Shown piece after piece: positions 37,352 through 46,824 of a stretch of 64,000 bases of DNA. The DNA comes from Myxococcota bacterium. Its GTDB lineage: Bacteria > Myxococcota_A > UBA796 > CAJQPC01. The notes below the pieces were generated by a model, which saw only the letters and a program-made list of their open reading frames with translations, made no database searches and was not told where the DNA came from. Location of the stretch: the NCBI GenBank assembly GCA_036012755.1, contig DASCPX010000070.1, positions 96,001 through 160,000 on the forward strand. Reading direction: 5' to 3'. Within the stretch, counting starts at the first letter, position 1. Every line of letters begins with the position of its first letter. Position numbers and translations under genes: made by a program.

Positions 37352-38671
37352 TCAGGTCCCAGAGAACTGCACCCCATCGAAGACCAGGGTCGGCACGCGG
37401 TAGCTCGAGTGCTTCCACACGTCGCTGGCGGGCTCGACGAAGCGGGAGATGAGGTCGATGAGGTTTCCCGTCACGTTCATCTCGCTGAGGTTCTGGGCCC
37501 ACTCGCCGTGGCGGTAGAGCTGGCCCCGGATGCCGAAGCTGAAGTCCCCGCTGGCGGGGTTCGAGTTGCCGCCGAGGAAGCTCGTGACTCGGATGCACTC
37601 GGGGTAGCTCGCGGCGATCTCCCGCCAGGAGCGTGGGCCGGGGGCGATGACCACGTTCCCGGCTCGCCCGGTCGTCGGCTCCACGCCGAGCTTGCGGGAG
37701 TGGTAGAGGCCGACGTACCAGGTGTTCAACACACCCTCTGTGAAGATGGGACGCGCGCGGGCGACGAAGCCGTCTCCGTCGAAGGGCTTCGAGCCGAGGC
37801 CACGCGGGATGGTCGGATCGTCGAGGACCGAAAAGGCGCTGGAGCCGAGCTTGTCTCCGAGCTTGTCGTGCATGCAGCTGCGGCCGTGATGAAGGGAGGT
37901 GCCAGAGAGCGGGCTCAACAGGGCGCCGAGGAGCCGGGGGGCGACCCGGGCGTCCAGCAGCATCGGGCAGACCGTGGAGGCGCAAGCAGAGGTGTCCCGG
38001 ACGGCCGCGGCGCGGGTCCAGAGGTCCTCTGCCACCGCGCTCATGGTCGGCAGGTCGTCGAGGTGGGCGGCGTTGATGAAGCTGTAGGCCTCTGGCAGCT
38101 TTCCGCTCGGCTCCTTCAGCGTCACCATGCCGCCGAAGCCGAAGTGGGTGCGCTCGGAGTGACCCTCGAAGCCGTTGCTGAAGGCGCAGTCGGAGCGATT
38201 CCGCATGTCCCACAAGAAAGCCGTGGCGGAGACCAGGTCGTCGCCGGCGCCTGCGAGCACGGCCTCCTCCAGCCGGGCGATGCCCCCTCGCCGGATCACG
38301 CTGTCTCGCCCGTCGAAGCTGGTCTCGTCAGCGGCGTCCAGGGAGGCGACGTCCAGGCTGCCCATGCGCTCCCGCGCGGCCATCGCCCGGTCGGGATCGG
38401 GCTCCAGGTAGCGGGTCCCGTCGACCGCCCGCTGGAGGAAGGCCTCGACAGCCTCGGGCCGCAGATCAGAGGTGCTGTGAGAGGAGAAGCGCTCGTCGAC
38501 CAGGAGGCTCACGGAGAGACCGAGGGTGCTGGCCTCGTGGACCCGCTCGAGCTTGCCGGCGCGACGCTCCAGCTCGACCTCGCTGCCCGAACGCACGTAG
38601 GCCTTGACCTCGTCGGCGCCCAGTCTCCGGGCGGTCTCGACCGCGTTGTTGGCCGTCTCGATCGGTGTCAT
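37352..38671 (-). CDS. pmbA: TldE/PmbA family protein
   Basis: PFDGDG, GVLNTWY, GGNSNPASGDFSFG; no HExxxH; coupled to tldD. Confidence 0.85.
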   Translation of the reverse strand: MTPIETANNAVETARRLGADEVKAYVRSGSEVELERRAGKLERVHEASTLGLSVSLLVDERFSSHSTSDLRPEAVEAFLQRAVDGTRYLEPDPDRAMAARERMGSLDVASLDAADETSFDGRDSVIRRGGIARLEEAVLAGAGDDLVSATAFLWDMRNRSDCAFSNGFEGHSERTHFGFGGMVTLKEPSGKLPEAYSFINAAHLDDLPTMSAVAEDLWTRAAAVRDTSACASTVCPMLLDARVAPRLLGALLSPLSGTSLHHGRSCMHDKLGDKLGSSAFSVLDDPTIPRGLGSKPFDGDGFVARARPIFTEGVLNTWYVGLYHSRKLGVEPTTGRAGNVVIAPGPRSWREIAASYPECIRVTSFLGGNSNPASGDFSFGIRGQLYRHGEWAQNLSEMNVTGNLIDLISRFVEPASDVWKHSSYRVPTLVFDGVQFSGT

Positions 38672-40119
38672 CCCTCACCCCCGACGGTCAGCGAGCCCAC
38701 CCGGACCGTGGGCTGGCCCTGGCTCACGGGCACGCCCTGGCCGTCCTTTCCGCAGGTCCAGCCGCCCTCGTCGAGCAGCAGGTCGCCGCCGACCATGTCC
38801 ACCTGTTCCAGCGCCGCGGGGCCGTTGCCGATGATGTTCACGTCCTTGATCGGTCGCGTCAGCTTGCCGTCCTCGATGAGCCAGCCGGTCTTCATGTAGA
38901 AGGTGAAGTCGCCCGCTCCGATCTGGACCGCGCCGTTCTGGAAGGAGGTGCAGTAGATGCCTCGCTTCGTGTTGGCGATGATCTCCTCGGGGGAGTGGGG
39001 ACCAGGCTCCATGTAGGTCGCCCGCATGCGCGGGATCGGGTGGTGGCGGAAGCTCTCCCGCCGGCCGGATCCGGTGGGCTGCACCCCGTAGTGGGCGGCG
39101 CTGATCTCGTCGTGCATGTAGCCGCGCAGGACACCCTCCTCGATGAGCACGGTGCGCTCGGCGAGGTTGCCCTCGTCGTCCACGTTGATGGCGCCCCTGC
39201 TGCCCTCGACCGTGCCGTCGTCGACGACCGTGACGAAGTCGGGAGCGACCTTCTTGTTCAGGCGAGAGGCATAGATGCTGATGCCCTTGCGGTTGAAATC
39301 AGCCTCCAGCCCGTGTCCGATGGCCTCGTGGAGCAGGATGCCGCTGGCTCCGGCGGCGAGGACGACTGGCATCTCCCCAGCCGGGGGCTTGCCCGCGTCC
39401 AGGAGGAAGGTGGTCCGCTCGACGGCCCTTCGAACCATGCGATCCTGCCGCTCCAGGTCGTCGAAGTACTCGAGCCCGGCGCGAGCGGCGAGGTTGTAGC
39501 TGTTGCTCTCCAGGCGGCCGCCCTCGGCCTCTGCGGAGCAGACGACCATGGCCCGGCACATGGGCTGGTAGTCCTCTGCCAGGCGTCCGTCCGGGCGCAC
39601 GATCAGCAGGACCCTCTCTCCGTCGACGAGGTGGGTCTGGACCTTCTGGATGCGTTCGTCGAGGGCGAAGGCCTGCTCCTCCCAGCGACGCACCATCGGC
39701 ACGCGCAGGTCCATGCCGACGGCCTCCCAGCGCCTCTGGACCGGGTAGTAGGAGGGCAGGTCCAACAGCGCGAGGTCCACGGTCTCCCTCGAGCCACCAC
39801 CGGCAGCGATGGCCGAGGCGGTCTTCGCAGCAGAGAGCATCGAAGCCAGGCCGAGGTTCTCCGTGTAGGCGTAGCCCACGGCCTCGCCGAAGCGGGCGCG
39901 CACTCCGAGGCCGAGGTCCACGTGGGTCGAGGCCTTGTTGACGGAGCCGTCCGACAGGGAGACCGAGGTGACCACGCTGTGCTCGAAGAAGAGGTCGCAG
40001 TCCGTGGCCCCTCCCGAGAGGGCGGCGGCGAGGACGTTGTCGAGGACCTCTCGGCTGATGCCGAAGCGCTCGAAGTAGCGTCCACGAGGAGCCCCGTGGA
40101 CCGTGATGGGCTGACTCAT
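38668..40119 (-). CDS. tldD: TldD metalloprotease
   Basis: LLHEAIGHGLEADFNRKG, DDEG, GSGRRES, PRMRATY, CGKDGQ.VPV..GQPT. Confidence 0.92.
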   Translation of the reverse strand: MSQPITVHGAPRGRYFERFGISREVLDNVLAAALSGGATDCDLFFEHSVVTSVSLSDGSVNKASTHVDLGLGVRARFGEAVGYAYTENLGLASMLSAAKTASAIAAGGGSRETVDLALLDLPSYYPVQRRWEAVGMDLRVPMVRRWEEQAFALDERIQKVQTHLVDGERVLLIVRPDGRLAEDYQPMCRAMVVCSAEAEGGRLESNSYNLAARAGLEYFDDLERQDRMVRRAVERTTFLLDAGKPPAGEMPVVLAAGASGILLHEAIGHGLEADFNRKGISIYASRLNKKVAPDFVTVVDDGTVEGSRGAINVDDEGNLAERTVLIEEGVLRGYMHDEISAAHYGVQPTGSGRRESFRHHPIPRMRATYMEPGPHSPEEIIANTKRGIYCTSFQNGAVQIGAGDFTFYMKTGWLIEDGKLTRPIKDVNIIGNGPAALEQVDMVGGDLLLDEGGWTCGKDGQGVPVSQGQPTVRVGSLTVGGEG

Positions 40120-40128
40120 GGGGTGGGC

Positions 40129-40977
40129 TTAACTCCAGACCGCCAGCTCCAGGGCGGTGGCGCTGATGTTCAGGCAGACGTGAGCCACGATGGCGCTCTC
40201 GACGCCGCTTCGGCGTGCCAGCCAGCCGAAGAAGAGGCCGATGAGGAAGATCTGGAGGATCTTCATCCCGGGGGCGGTCGTGTTCGGCGCGTGGAGGATG
40301 GCCCAGAACACCGAGGTCAGGACGATGGCGACCCAGCCGGCTCTCTCGGTGCCGCCGAACCACTTCTCGAGCCAGCGCTGGACCACGCCACGGAAGAGCA
40401 GCTCCTCGCCGACCGCCGCGGCGCAGACCGCCGGCAGCACCACCCCCCACTGGAACCAGCCGGCGTCGCGGTCGAGGTCGGGTGTGAGATCCATGGCGAA
40501 GTCGAGGAGCGAGCCGATCTCTATGCCGAGGAGGTGGAAGGCCAGGGTGCTCAGGATGCCGAAGAGCAAGCCGGCGCCTGCCCCGATGAGCCATCCCGAG
40601 GTGGCGTCCGGCAGCCCGTAGAGCTTCGGGAAGGGGTGGCTCGGCCCCCCTGCTCGAAGCGCCACCGGCACCATGATCCCGTACAGCCCGAGGGTGATGA
40701 GCGCGCCGGTGACCACCCCGGTCAGCGCGGCCGCCGGGTTGTCCTGGTTCGGCAGGAAGGGGATCAGCTCGCTGATGTCCGTGTACAGCGCCCCGACCAC
40801 CCGGTTCGGGAGGTCGAGCAGCACCATCCCCCCGGCGATGACGAGGCCCTTCTTGAAGTTCGCCGTGGTGTGGGTCCAGGACCGCGCGGCGGCGATGAAG
40901 ACAGCCAGCATGGCGCCGCCCTGCAGCGCGGCCCCGAAGAAGGTCAGGAGCAGGACGGGGATCGAGACGTTGTCCAT
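40129..40977 (-). CDS. CPBP (Abi/CAAX-like) intramembrane metalloprotease
   Basis: Multiple TM segments; GEELLFRG, FWAILH, AIVAHVCLN motifs. Confidence 0.88.
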   Translation of the reverse strand: MDNVSIPVLLLTFFGAALQGGAMLAVFIAAARSWTHTTANFKKGLVIAGGMVLLDLPNRVVGALYTDISELIPFLPNQDNPAAALTGVVTGALITLGLYGIMVPVALRAGGPSHPFPKLYGLPDATSGWLIGAGAGLLFGILSTLAFHLLGIEIGSLLDFAMDLTPDLDRDAGWFQWGVVLPAVCAAAVGEELLFRGVVQRWLEKWFGGTERAGWVAIVLTSVFWAILHAPNTTAPGMKILQIFLIGLFFGWLARRSGVESAIVAHVCLNISATALELAVWS

Positions 40978-40999
40978 CGCGCGCAGGTTAGCGGAGGGC

Positions 41000-41545
41000 A
41001 TGGCGTGGATTCGGACCGTTGGCGACGACGAGGCCCTCGGCAGCCTCGCCAAGCACTACCGAGGCGCGCTCAGGCGCGCCGGGCGGGTCTTCGGGATCGT
41101 GCGGCTCCACAGCCTGGACCCCCGGCTGCTCGGGGCCTCGATGCGGCTCTACCACGCCACGACCACCGACGAGGACCTCCCCCTGACCCGCGCGCAGCGA
41201 GAGCTGATCGCGGTCGTGACGTCGAAGGCCAACGACTGCTTCTACTGAACGGAGGCGCACGGAGAGGATCTCCGTGGTGCTGGCTTCCCGGACTCCCTCG
41301 TCGATCACATCGTGCGCGACTGGAAGAGCGCCGAACTCTCCAGCGTGGATCGGGCTCTGTGCGAGTACGCCGAGAAGCTGACGCTGTCACCCTCCGAGAT
41401 GAAGCGCGCGGACGTCGACGCCCTGAGGGCAGTCGGGCTGACCGACGAGCAGATCCTCAACGCCGCCGCCACCTGCAGCTACTTCAACTTCATCAACCGG
41501 ATGGCGGACGGGCTCGGGGTGGATCTGGAGCCCGAGATGAGGTGA
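41000..41545 (+). CDS. AhpD/carboxymuconolactone-decarboxylase-family peroxidase-related selenoprotein (Sec at TGA 41246-41248)
   Basis: RELIAVVTSKANDCFY-TGA-TEAHGEDLR continues in frame into ..YAEKLT..GLTDEQI..YFNFINRMADGLG. The TGA sits at the second Cys of CxxC-xxxH. Confidence 0.85.
41254..41281 (+). other. Bacterial SECIS-like hairpin
   Basis: CACGGAGA (41258-65) pairs perfectly with TCTCCGTG (41269-76); GGA loop starts 17 nt after the UGA; the stem extends with GGCG/TGCT and one bulge. Confidence 0.7.
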
Positions 41546-43025
41546 GCTGCCGCCCGCAGAGGGTGGCCAGGGCCAGGATGCTGGTCTGGGGGTTCACGCC
41601 GGTGTTGCTCGGGAACACACTGGAGTCCGCCACGTAGAGACCCTCGATGTGGTGGTGGCGGAAGTCCGGGCGCACCACCGAGGTGGCCGGATCGCTGCCC
41701 ATGCGGCAGGTGCCGAAGAGGTGGGTGACGGCCATGGAGTAGTGCGTGCCGAGCAGGGGGCCGTCGTCTTCGAAGGCGCGCATCTGCTCTGCCCCGGTGA
41801 CCACCGACGGCATGCCGAAGACCCCGGGCTCGACCTGCTCCGCGCCTGCCGCGAAGAGCAGCTCTCCGAGGACCCGCACCCCCCGACGCACCTTGAACAG
41901 GTCCCCACGACCCAGGTCGAAGCGAACCACCGGACGGCCCCGGCGCAGGACGACCCGGCCCTCGCTCTCGGCGCGGACCGCGCAGCCCCAGTGGGCTGCC
42001 TCGTGCATCCGCTCCAGCTCACGGGCGAAGTCGACGCCGAAGCCTCTCAGGCGAGCGGCGAGGATGGTCAGGTCGTAGCCAAGGGCCTCGAACTTCAGGC
42101 CCTCTCCCCTCAGCCCGGTGACCTCGTGGCCCTGGGTCGCGCCGGTCCACATGCGCACGGGCTCGCCGAAGCGTCCGGCGACGGCCACACCCGGATGACA
42201 CTGGAAGTGCCGGCCCACGGGGCCCTGCCGGATGCCCGAGGCCAGGAGCAGGGCAGGGGACTGCACCGCGCTGGCGGCGAGCACGACCGCGTGGGTGGCC
42301 CGCACCGAGACCCGGGCTCCTCCTTCGGCGCGTCCCGTGACACCGACGGCGCGACCTTGGGCTGTCTCGATCCGCTCCACGCGCACGCTGGCGGCGACGC
42401 GCGCCCCTCGCTCGCAGGCCTCTGGTAGCCAGGTTCGCTCCAGGCTCTGCTTGGCGCCGACGGGGCAGCCCTGCAAGCAGCGCCCAAGGCCCTCGCAGTC
42501 CCGCACGTTTCGGCGAATGGGTCGGTGAGCCAGCCCCAGCGCCTCCGCGCCACGGGCGAGCAGGGTGTTGTTGCGCCCGGCCACGGCCGGATCCGTCGGC
42601 GTGATGTGGAGGCCGGCTTCGACCTCGTCCGTGGCGGCCTCGATCCACTCCCAGGGCAGGGCCTCGGCCAGCGCCGGATCTTCGCGACGCCAGCCGTCGA
42701 AGACGTCCTCTGGGAGCCGCCAGCTGATGGCCCCGTTGACGACGGAGGTACCTCCGACGGCTCTGCCCTGGAGCAGCGCCATGGCCGGCTTCCCCCGCGT
42801 CACGCCGACGCCCATGTCCCGGTACAGGCTGCTCATGGCTCCGAAGCTGTCGCTCGAGGTCTCCGCCGGCTGCGGCATCGGGCCCTCCTCCAGCACCAGC
42901 ACGTCGGCCCCCGCTGACGCCGCCGCTCGGGCCACCGCTGCACCGGCCGGACCGCTGCCGATGATCACGACCTCGGCCTCCAGGCGCTCGTCGCCGCGCC
43001 AGCCTCGGCCGTCCAGCAGCTTCAC
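41493..43025 (-). CDS. GMC-family flavin oxidoreductase
   Basis: GTG start at 43025; IIGSGPAG, GRAVGGTSVVNG, C.G.G.C..GCP..AKQS, HLFGTCRMG, VNPQTSI. Confidence 0.9.
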   Translation of the reverse strand: MKLLDGRGWRGDERLEAEVVIIGSGPAGAAVARAAASAGADVLVLEEGPMPQPAETSSDSFGAMSSLYRDMGVGVTRGKPAMALLQGRAVGGTSVVNGAISWRLPEDVFDGWRREDPALAEALPWEWIEAATDEVEAGLHITPTDPAVAGRNNTLLARGAEALGLAHRPIRRNVRDCEGLGRCLQGCPVGAKQSLERTWLPEACERGARVAASVRVERIETAQGRAVGVTGRAEGGARVSVRATHAVVLAASAVQSPALLLASGIRQGPVGRHFQCHPGVAVAGRFGEPVRMWTGATQGHEVTGLRGEGLKFEALGYDLTILAARLRGFGVDFARELERMHEAAHWGCAVRAESEGRVVLRRGRPVVRFDLGRGDLFKVRRGVRVLGELLFAAGAEQVEPGVFGMPSVVTGAEQMRAFEDDGPLLGTHYSMAVTHLFGTCRMGSDPATSVVRPDFRHHHIEGLYVADSSVFPSNTGVNPQTSILALATLCGRQLTSSRAPDPPRARPPSG

Positions 43026-43390
43026 CGAGCCTCCGCGGCCCGTCGGACGTCCGGTCGTTGGAAGTGGGCGAAGCAGAGGACCAGCTTCAGGACCAGCGCC
43101 ACCTGCCTCAGGGGGTACAGCGCCGAGTCCCCGAGAGCCTGCACCAGCTCCGCGCGCTGCGGTGGACTGAGCGAGCCCAGGCAGCGCCCCCGAGCGAGCG
43201 CCGAGGCCCAGACCACCCAGACCGCAGCTCGCAGACCCCAGCGCAACAGCGGCGGCGCGTGAGACTCGAGCTCTGGCCAGAAGAGCTCGACCGCGGCTGG
43301 CTCGAAGCCCGGCTGGCCTGGCAGCGGCGGGAGCATCGCGCTCAGGATCTGGTCGCGGGCCCGGCGCTCGGGCGAGGTCCAGGTCTTCAA
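43022..43390 (-). CDS. Small partner protein of the GMC oxidoreductase
   Basis: Coupled between the GntR and GMC genes; helical, resembles gluconate-2-dehydrogenase subunit-3-like partners. Confidence 0.6.
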   Translation of the reverse strand: MKTWTSPERRARDQILSAMLPPLPGQPGFEPAAVELFWPELESHAPPLLRWGLRAAVWVVWASALARGRCLGSLSPPQRAELVQALGDSALYPLRQVALVLKLVLCFAHFQRPDVRRAAEAR

Positions 43391-44073
43391 GCGAGGCGGG
43401 CCAGCGTGAGGGCGTCCAGCGCCTCGAGGGTGGTCGACACGACCCCGCGGGCCTGCTCCGGATCACCGGCTCGAAGCAGCGCCACCACCGCCGGGTAGCT
43501 GGCCGCGACGGCCGCGCGGTCGGTGTGCATCGCGGCCGCCAGCTCGGGGTGGACGGCGTAGGTGCGCATGACCGTGTTGAAGAGCAGGACCAGGGCCGGG
43601 TTTCCGGCGGCGCGGACCACGCGCTGGGAGAAGGCGATGTCGCGGGCGGCGAAGGCCTCTGCGTCGAGTTCGGCGGCGCCGACCTCGGCCTGCTGGGCGC
43701 GGGCCATGACCTCGAGGTCCTCGATGTCACCGTCGGAGGCTCGCTCGCAGGCCCGGGCCACGGCCTCTGCGGCGACACAGCGGCGCAGCTCGAGGAAACC
43801 CGCAGCCAGGGCACGATCGGGCTGCGCGAGCAGGTGCGGCAGCAGGTCGAAGCCGCCCGTCTCACGCCAGCTCCGGACCCTGTAGCCCGAGCCCTGGCGA
43901 GCGCTCAGCAGGCCAGCAGCGCAGAGCTGCGCCAGCGCCGCTCGCAAGGTCGGGCGACTGACGCCCATCGACTCCGCCAACCGCCGCTCTGCGGGCAGCA
44001 CGCTCCCTACGGTCCACTCGCCCGCGATGACCCGGCGGGTCAACGCCTCTGCCGCTTGCTCGGTCCTCGTCAT
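43387..44073 (-). CDS. GntR/FadR-family transcriptional regulator
   Basis: LPAERRLAESMGVSRPTLRAAL wHTH; FCD-like C-terminal domain. Confidence 0.92.
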   Translation of the reverse strand: MTRTEQAAEALTRRVIAGEWTVGSVLPAERRLAESMGVSRPTLRAALAQLCAAGLLSARQGSGYRVRSWRETGGFDLLPHLLAQPDRALAAGFLELRRCVAAEAVARACERASDGDIEDLEVMARAQQAEVGAAELDAEAFAARDIAFSQRVVRAAGNPALVLLFNTVMRTYAVHPELAAAMHTDRAAVAASYPAVVALLRAGDPEQARGVVSTTLEALDALTLARLA

Positions 44074-44081
44074 CTTCCTCG

Positions 44082-44109
44082 ATTGGTCGAGCCAATTGGT
44101 TTGACCAAT
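44082..44109. promoter_or_regulatory. Tandem FadR/PdhR-type operator palindromes
   Basis: ATTGGTCGAGCCAAT (44082-96) and ATTGGTTTGACCAAT (44095-109) immediately upstream of the GntR start; match TGGTnnnACCA. Confidence 0.75.
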
Positions 44110-44138
44110 ATCCCGAGGCCCGACGCTACGTCAAGCGA

Positions 44139-44765
44139 TCAGATGGGCGCGATGAGCTGAGGCCCGGTGGCCCGGACGTTGCCGATGGTCTTGGCGACCC
44201 GGTGACGCTCGACCGTGCTCGCCTCCGGAGGACGCAGCATCCTGGCGAGGTTCTTCTCGTCGAGGTCGGAGAGCCAGCGCAAGGGTTCATCGAGCAACAG
44301 CGGCATGCGATCGTGGATGTCCTCGAGGTCCGGGCTCGCCGGCACCGTGATGATGCTGAAGCTGCCGTTGTCGCTGAGACCGGCGAAGGCGAACATCGCA
44401 CCTCCGCGGTGGAGGTACCAGGGCTGCTTTCCGCCCTTCGGACCTGTCCACTCGTACCATCCGTTGGCCACGACCAGGCACCGTCCGGAGTGAATCCCGG
44501 TACGGAACAGCGGCCTCTTGAGGACCGTCTCGGCGCGGGCGTTGACGAACCGGGACGCCATGTGCGGAGCCTCGAACTCGGCCCACTTGGGCAACAGGCC
44601 GAACTGGTAGGACTTCAACTCGTTGGCTGTCGCCCCCTGGAGGACGATGGGGGCCATGTCGGTCGGGCAGACGTTGTAGTTGGCCTGCACGGCGGTATCG
44701 CTGGCGAGACCGAAGGCCTCGATCAGCTCCTCAGGCCTGCAGTAGATTGCGTAACGGGCGCACAT
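44139..44765 (-). CDS. SOS response-associated peptidase (SRAP/HMCES family)
   Basis: N-terminal MCARY, YNVCPT, NARAET, RCLV.ANGWYEW, IHDRMP. Confidence 0.92.
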   Translation of the reverse strand: MCARYAIYCRPEELIEAFGLASDTAVQANYNVCPTDMAPIVLQGATANELKSYQFGLLPKWAEFEAPHMASRFVNARAETVLKRPLFRTGIHSGRCLVVANGWYEWTGPKGGKQPWYLHRGGAMFAFAGLSDNGSFSIITVPASPDLEDIHDRMPLLLDEPLRWLSDLDEKNLARMLRPPEASTVERHRVAKTIGNVRATGPQLIAPI

Positions 44766-44776
44766 CGTTCACGTTT

Positions 44777-45601
44777 CTATGGACAGGGGTTGAACTCGGG
44801 GCCGAGGTCCCAAGTCTTGATGATGGTCGACAGGCCTTCGTGCGTACCGCAGACATCGTCCGCGAGCGACTCCGCGTCCTCCCAGTCGTCGACGTACTCG
44901 GCGACGAAGGCGGCCTTGTCTGCGGAGGTGAAGACCGCGAGCCGGTCGCACTCGTCGTACTCGTGGCAGGACTCGTCGAGGTGCCAGTCGAAGTAGTCGA
45001 CGAGCTCCTCGAGCTGGTCGAGGTCGTTCTTCAGCGCCACCGACAGTCCGCGCTCGTGAGCCTCGTTCGCTATCCACTGGTTGAAGTCGAGCTGCTCGGT
45101 CTCGTTGAGGCCGAGGCCGTTGTCGTTGGCGTAGCCGTCCACGTTGTCGGGCTCGACGCCGTCGCAGCCGCGCTCGAAGGCGAGGTCCAGGCGCGCCTCG
45201 AGGATGTCGCGCACCCGGTCGTCGCGGACGTCGACCCACCTCTCGCCCTCCCACTCGTCGAGGGGGTCGCCCAGCACCGCCGAGGGATAGTCCCCGGCGT
45301 CCTCGCGCCAGTCCTCGTAGGTGCCGGCGGAGAAGTAGCAGATCAGGGTGCTCTCCTCCGTGACCTCTTCGATGACATCGTCGCTCGCGTCGAAGAGGTC
45401 GAGGTTGTACATCTCGACGTCCAGCGAGGTGTCGATCTCGCCCTGGAGCTGCCACTGCCAGGTCGTGCCGACGGCGGGTTCCCAGACCTCGGCGTCGACG
45501 GGGTCCGTGCGGGTGAACCCGACGCACGCGCCGTCCATGTAGATCGTGCCGATGGGGCAGTCGGGGGTCCTGTTGCAGGCCATCGATAGGAGGAGGAGCA
45601 T
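44777..45601 (-). CDS. Endo-alpha-1,4-polygalactosaminidase (GH114) lipoprotein
   Basis: MLLLLSMAC; WQWQL, ICYFSAGTYEDWR, GCDGVEPDNVD, LKNDLDQ, ESCHEYDEC. Confidence 0.88.
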   Translation of the reverse strand: MLLLLSMACNRTPDCPIGTIYMDGACVGFTRTDPVDAEVWEPAVGTTWQWQLQGEIDTSLDVEMYNLDLFDASDDVIEEVTEESTLICYFSAGTYEDWREDAGDYPSAVLGDPLDEWEGERWVDVRDDRVRDILEARLDLAFERGCDGVEPDNVDGYANDNGLGLNETEQLDFNQWIANEAHERGLSVALKNDLDQLEELVDYFDWHLDESCHEYDECDRLAVFTSADKAAFVAEYVDDWEDAESLADDVCGTHEGLSTIIKTWDLGPEFNPCP

Positions 45602-46437
45602 CAGACCTCGTGGCTCGCGGACTCTGCAGATGGGCCGATGTCGATCGAGCCCTCGTGGGTCGAGGCGGCGGCGGAGCAGACCTGCTCCAGCTCGTCGTCG
45701 CTCCGAGCAGGGTCGTAGTGGAAGAACAGGAGCCGCTTGGCGGCCACGGTCTCTGCGTAGCGAACCGCCAGCTCGGCCGTGCAGTGTCCCCACCCCGCGC
45801 GGCTCGCGTACTCCTCGCCGGTGTACTGGGCGTCGTGGACCAGGAGGTCGGCGCCCTCTGCGATGGAGAAGCCAGAGAGCCACTCTTCTCTTGGGAGCCC
45901 GTTCCGGCAACCGAGCTGGGGCTCATGGTCGGGCATGTAGGCCAGCGTGCGCCCGCCGCATTGGATCCGGTAGCCGACGGTGGGGCCGGGGTGGGTGACG
46001 AGGTGGCCGCTGAGGCGGAAAGCGCCGATGTCCCAGCCGTCCCGGGTCACGTCGTGGCAGCTGACCAGCGACGGGACCTCGCGAATGCGGACGGGGAACA
46101 GCGGCGGCGAGAGGTAGCGATTGAGGCGCTTTCGCAGCGTCCGCGTGGTGCTCGGTGGACCCCAGATGTGGACCTGGACGTCGGGGGTGTAGAGAGGGGT
46201 GAAGAAGCCCAGCCCCTGGATGTGATCCATGTGGAGGTGGGTGAGCAGGACGTCGACGCGCTTCGTGCCGGGGGGGATGGCCTCTCCGGCTGCGCGGATG
46301 CCGCTCCCGGCGTCCAGGATGAGGACCTGGCCCTCGTCGTTCTGGACCATGACGCAGGACGTGTTTCCACCGTAGCGGGTCGTCTCTGGACCCGGCGAGG
46401 GGAGGCTGCCCCTGGTTCCGTAGAAGGTGAGTCGCAC
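45601..46437 (-). CDS. Metallo-beta-lactamase-fold hydrolase (RNase Z/phosphodiesterase-like)
   Basis: GTRGS, YGGNTSC, DAGSG, THLHMDHIQG, HDAQY, GWGH, FHYDP. Confidence 0.9.
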   Translation of the reverse strand: MRLTFYGTRGSLPSPGPETTRYGGNTSCVMVQNDEGQVLILDAGSGIRAAGEAIPPGTKRVDVLLTHLHMDHIQGLGFFTPLYTPDVQVHIWGPPSTTRTLRKRLNRYLSPPLFPVRIREVPSLVSCHDVTRDGWDIGAFRLSGHLVTHPGPTVGYRIQCGGRTLAYMPDHEPQLGCRNGLPREEWLSGFSIAEGADLLVHDAQYTGEEYASRAGWGHCTAELAVRYAETVAAKRLLFFHYDPARSDDELEQVCSAAASTHEGSIDIGPSAESASHEV

Positions 46438-46824
46438 TCAGCCCGCCGTCTCGAGCAGCACGAGGACGCCGGCCTGCCCCTGGGACAGTCCGCGAATCGG
46501 GAACGAGGTCAGGGTGACGACCCGACGCTGGCCGTCCATGCCGCGGAGGCTCAACGTGTGCTGGGTGGCGTGCTCGGAGGCCAGCGCTCGGGCGAGCGGG
46601 CTGTCCTCCCAGCCGACGACCTTTCCGTCCGCCCCTTCCACTCGGAAGGCGGCGTGCCACTCCTCCGGTGCCATCGAACCCGACTCGCTGAAGGACCGTC
46701 CGACGACCAGCGCGGCAGCCTGGTTGAAGTAGACGAGCGCGCCGCAGTCATCGAAGAGCAGCGTGGGTGTCGTCAACAGGGCGCTCCACTGGCGCGCCAT
46801 CACCAGTTCGATCGGTCGACCCAA
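46438..46824 (-). CDS. Stand-alone PAS-domain protein
   Basis: LFDDCGALVYFNQAA; AAGGAG RBS; directly upstream of the MBL hydrolase. Confidence 0.75.
   Translation of the reverse strand: MGRPIELVMARQWSALLTTPTLLFDDCGALVYFNQAAALVVGRSFSESGSMAPEEWHAAFRVEGADGKVVGWEDSPLARALASEHATQHTLSLRGMDGQRRVVTLTSFPIRGLSQGQAGVLVLLETAG

Noticed and set aside
41246..41248. TGA as a nonsense mutation or two separate genes
   Set aside because: The stop falls exactly on the catalytic Cys position and is followed by a SECIS-like hairpin, so Sec recoding is the simpler explanation.
44139..44765. SRAP gene as a marker of a prophage or mobile island
   Set aside because: No integrase, phage or error-prone polymerase genes nearby, and composition looks like the host.
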